Shown piece after piece: positions 23,387 to 24,000 of a stretch of DNA of 24,000 bases. A program made the position numbers and the translations under genes. The first letter of the stretch is position 1; every line of letters starts with the position of its first letter. The notes below the pieces were generated by a model, which saw only the letters and a program-made list of their open reading frames with translations, did not search any database and was not told where the DNA came from. Source of the stretch: Akkermansiaceae bacterium. GTDB taxonomy: Bacteria; Verrucomicrobiota; Verrucomicrobiia; Verrucomicrobiales; Akkermansiaceae. The stretch is taken from the NCBI GenBank assembly GCA_017798145.1, contig CP059069.1:519226-543225 (forward strand), in the 5' to 3' direction.

Positions 23387-24000
23387 ACCCCATCATCTAC
23401 GTACGCGGCTATGCGGGAACCGGGTCGGCGGTGGAGCGGGCGGTGGAGTCGCCCTATTGCGGCTTCAATGACGGCAGCAGTAAGGTCCGGGTCGAGCCGG
23501 ACGGCTCGCCAGCGCTGCAGCTTTTCGAGAGTCCGCTGGTGCGATTGATGAAAGAACACGGCTACGAGGATTTCTTCGTCCGTGTGATCGGTGATCGGGT
23601 TGAGGTGCTGCGTGGGGGATCGAGATCGAAGGTCACGGAGCGGTCGCTCTGGGTTTTCCGATACTACGATGAAGCTTCCTCAGAGGTGGACTCTGGGAAC
23701 CGGAAGAGAATCGAGGATCTGGCGTCGGATCTTGGAAGGGTGGTCGAGTTTGTGCGTGATGAGACGGGAGCTGCGAAGGCGGATCTGGTAGCGCATTCGA
23801 TGGGCGGGCTGGTGGCCCGCAGTCTGATCCAGAGGAACTGGACGAAGACGGCGCATCAGAAAATCGGCAAGCTCTTCACCTACGGGACACCCCATGGCGG
23901 CATTCATTTCCGTGACGGGCTGGGTTTGTTGGAGCGTGTCCGTGATCTGGTGGGACCCAACGAGGCGGATAGCTTCGGGCCGAAACGGATGCGGGCGTTC
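23383..24000 (+). CDS. lipase-like alpha/beta hydrolase (class-2 lipase / PGAP1-like), 3' end outside the window
   Basis: The sequence MNPIIYVRGYAGTG...ADLVAHSMGGLVARSLI carries a GxSxG nucleophile elbow (HSMGG) in the same context as small Bacillus-type lipases, followed by YGTPHGG. The frame stays open to the last base of the window. An ATGA overlap with the upstream gene lies at 23383-23386. Confidence 0.8.
   Translation, partial: MNPIIYVRGYAGTGSAVERAVESPYCGFNDGSSKVRVEPDGSPALQLFESPLVRLMKEHGYEDFFVRVIGDRVEVLRGGSRSKVTERSLWVFRYYDEASSEVDSGNRKRIEDLASDLGRVVEFVRDETGAAKADLVAHSMGGLVARSLIQRNWTKTAHQKIGKLFTYGTPHGGIHFRDGLGLLERVRDLVGPNEADSFGPKRMRAF

Noticed and set aside
1-24000. Search by eye for CRISPR arrays, tRNA/tmRNA, rRNA, IS elements/transposases, integrases, and long direct or terminal inverted repeats
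   Set aside because: I saw no spaced repeat array, no tRNA-like T-loop/acceptor pattern, and no recombinase or transposase motif. The only tandem repeat is the 12-mer at 14097-14129. A computational scan (tRNAscan-SE, minced, ISEScan, self-dotplot) would be needed to exclude these features rigorously.

Overview
This is a high-GC bacterial window (about 55-62% judged by eye, not computed) that codes almost entirely on the + strand. A PEP-CTERM-anchored FGE/SUMF1-domain protein, a 1075-aa Asp-box (BNR) propeller protein and an ECF-like sigma plus Ser/Thr kinase pair suggest a Verrucomicrobiota- or Planctomycetota-like host (inference). Three accessory blocks stand out. (A) 1-5558 is a tightly packed operon cut by the left edge. 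It encodes the C-terminus of an ABC/OLD-type ATPase, two proteins I cannot place in any family, and a 730-aa two-HKD PLD-family nuclease, making it a candidate uncharacterised defence system. (B) About 5.7-19.5 kb holds five + strand transcription units: three tiny membrane proteins; a 179-aa protein with a Cas4-like PD-(D/E)XK/Fe-S nuclease; a DUF3150-like protein with an HExxH peptidase and an EEP nuclease; DUF1257, DUF2997, a 98-aa protein and a Ycf46-like AAA+ ATPase; and a WGR-domain::ATP-dependent DNA ligase fusion. These units share near-identical C/A-rich leader words (CAACAACCAAC, CAACCCCAA) 10-18 nt upstream of their ATGs. Two surface-protein genes that lack those words interrupt them. 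No integrase, replication, virion or conjugation gene is visible. (C) 22.1-24.0 kb is a cluster of three genes: a 148-aa unknown, a TM/coiled-coil/SH3-like protein, and a lipase-like alpha/beta hydrolase that runs off the right edge; the first two look lower in GC. I recognised no rRNA, tRNA, CRISPR array, transposase or integrase. Many long ORFs in the track are antisense shadows typical of high-GC DNA and were rejected. All family names come from motif recognition and memory; no searches were run.
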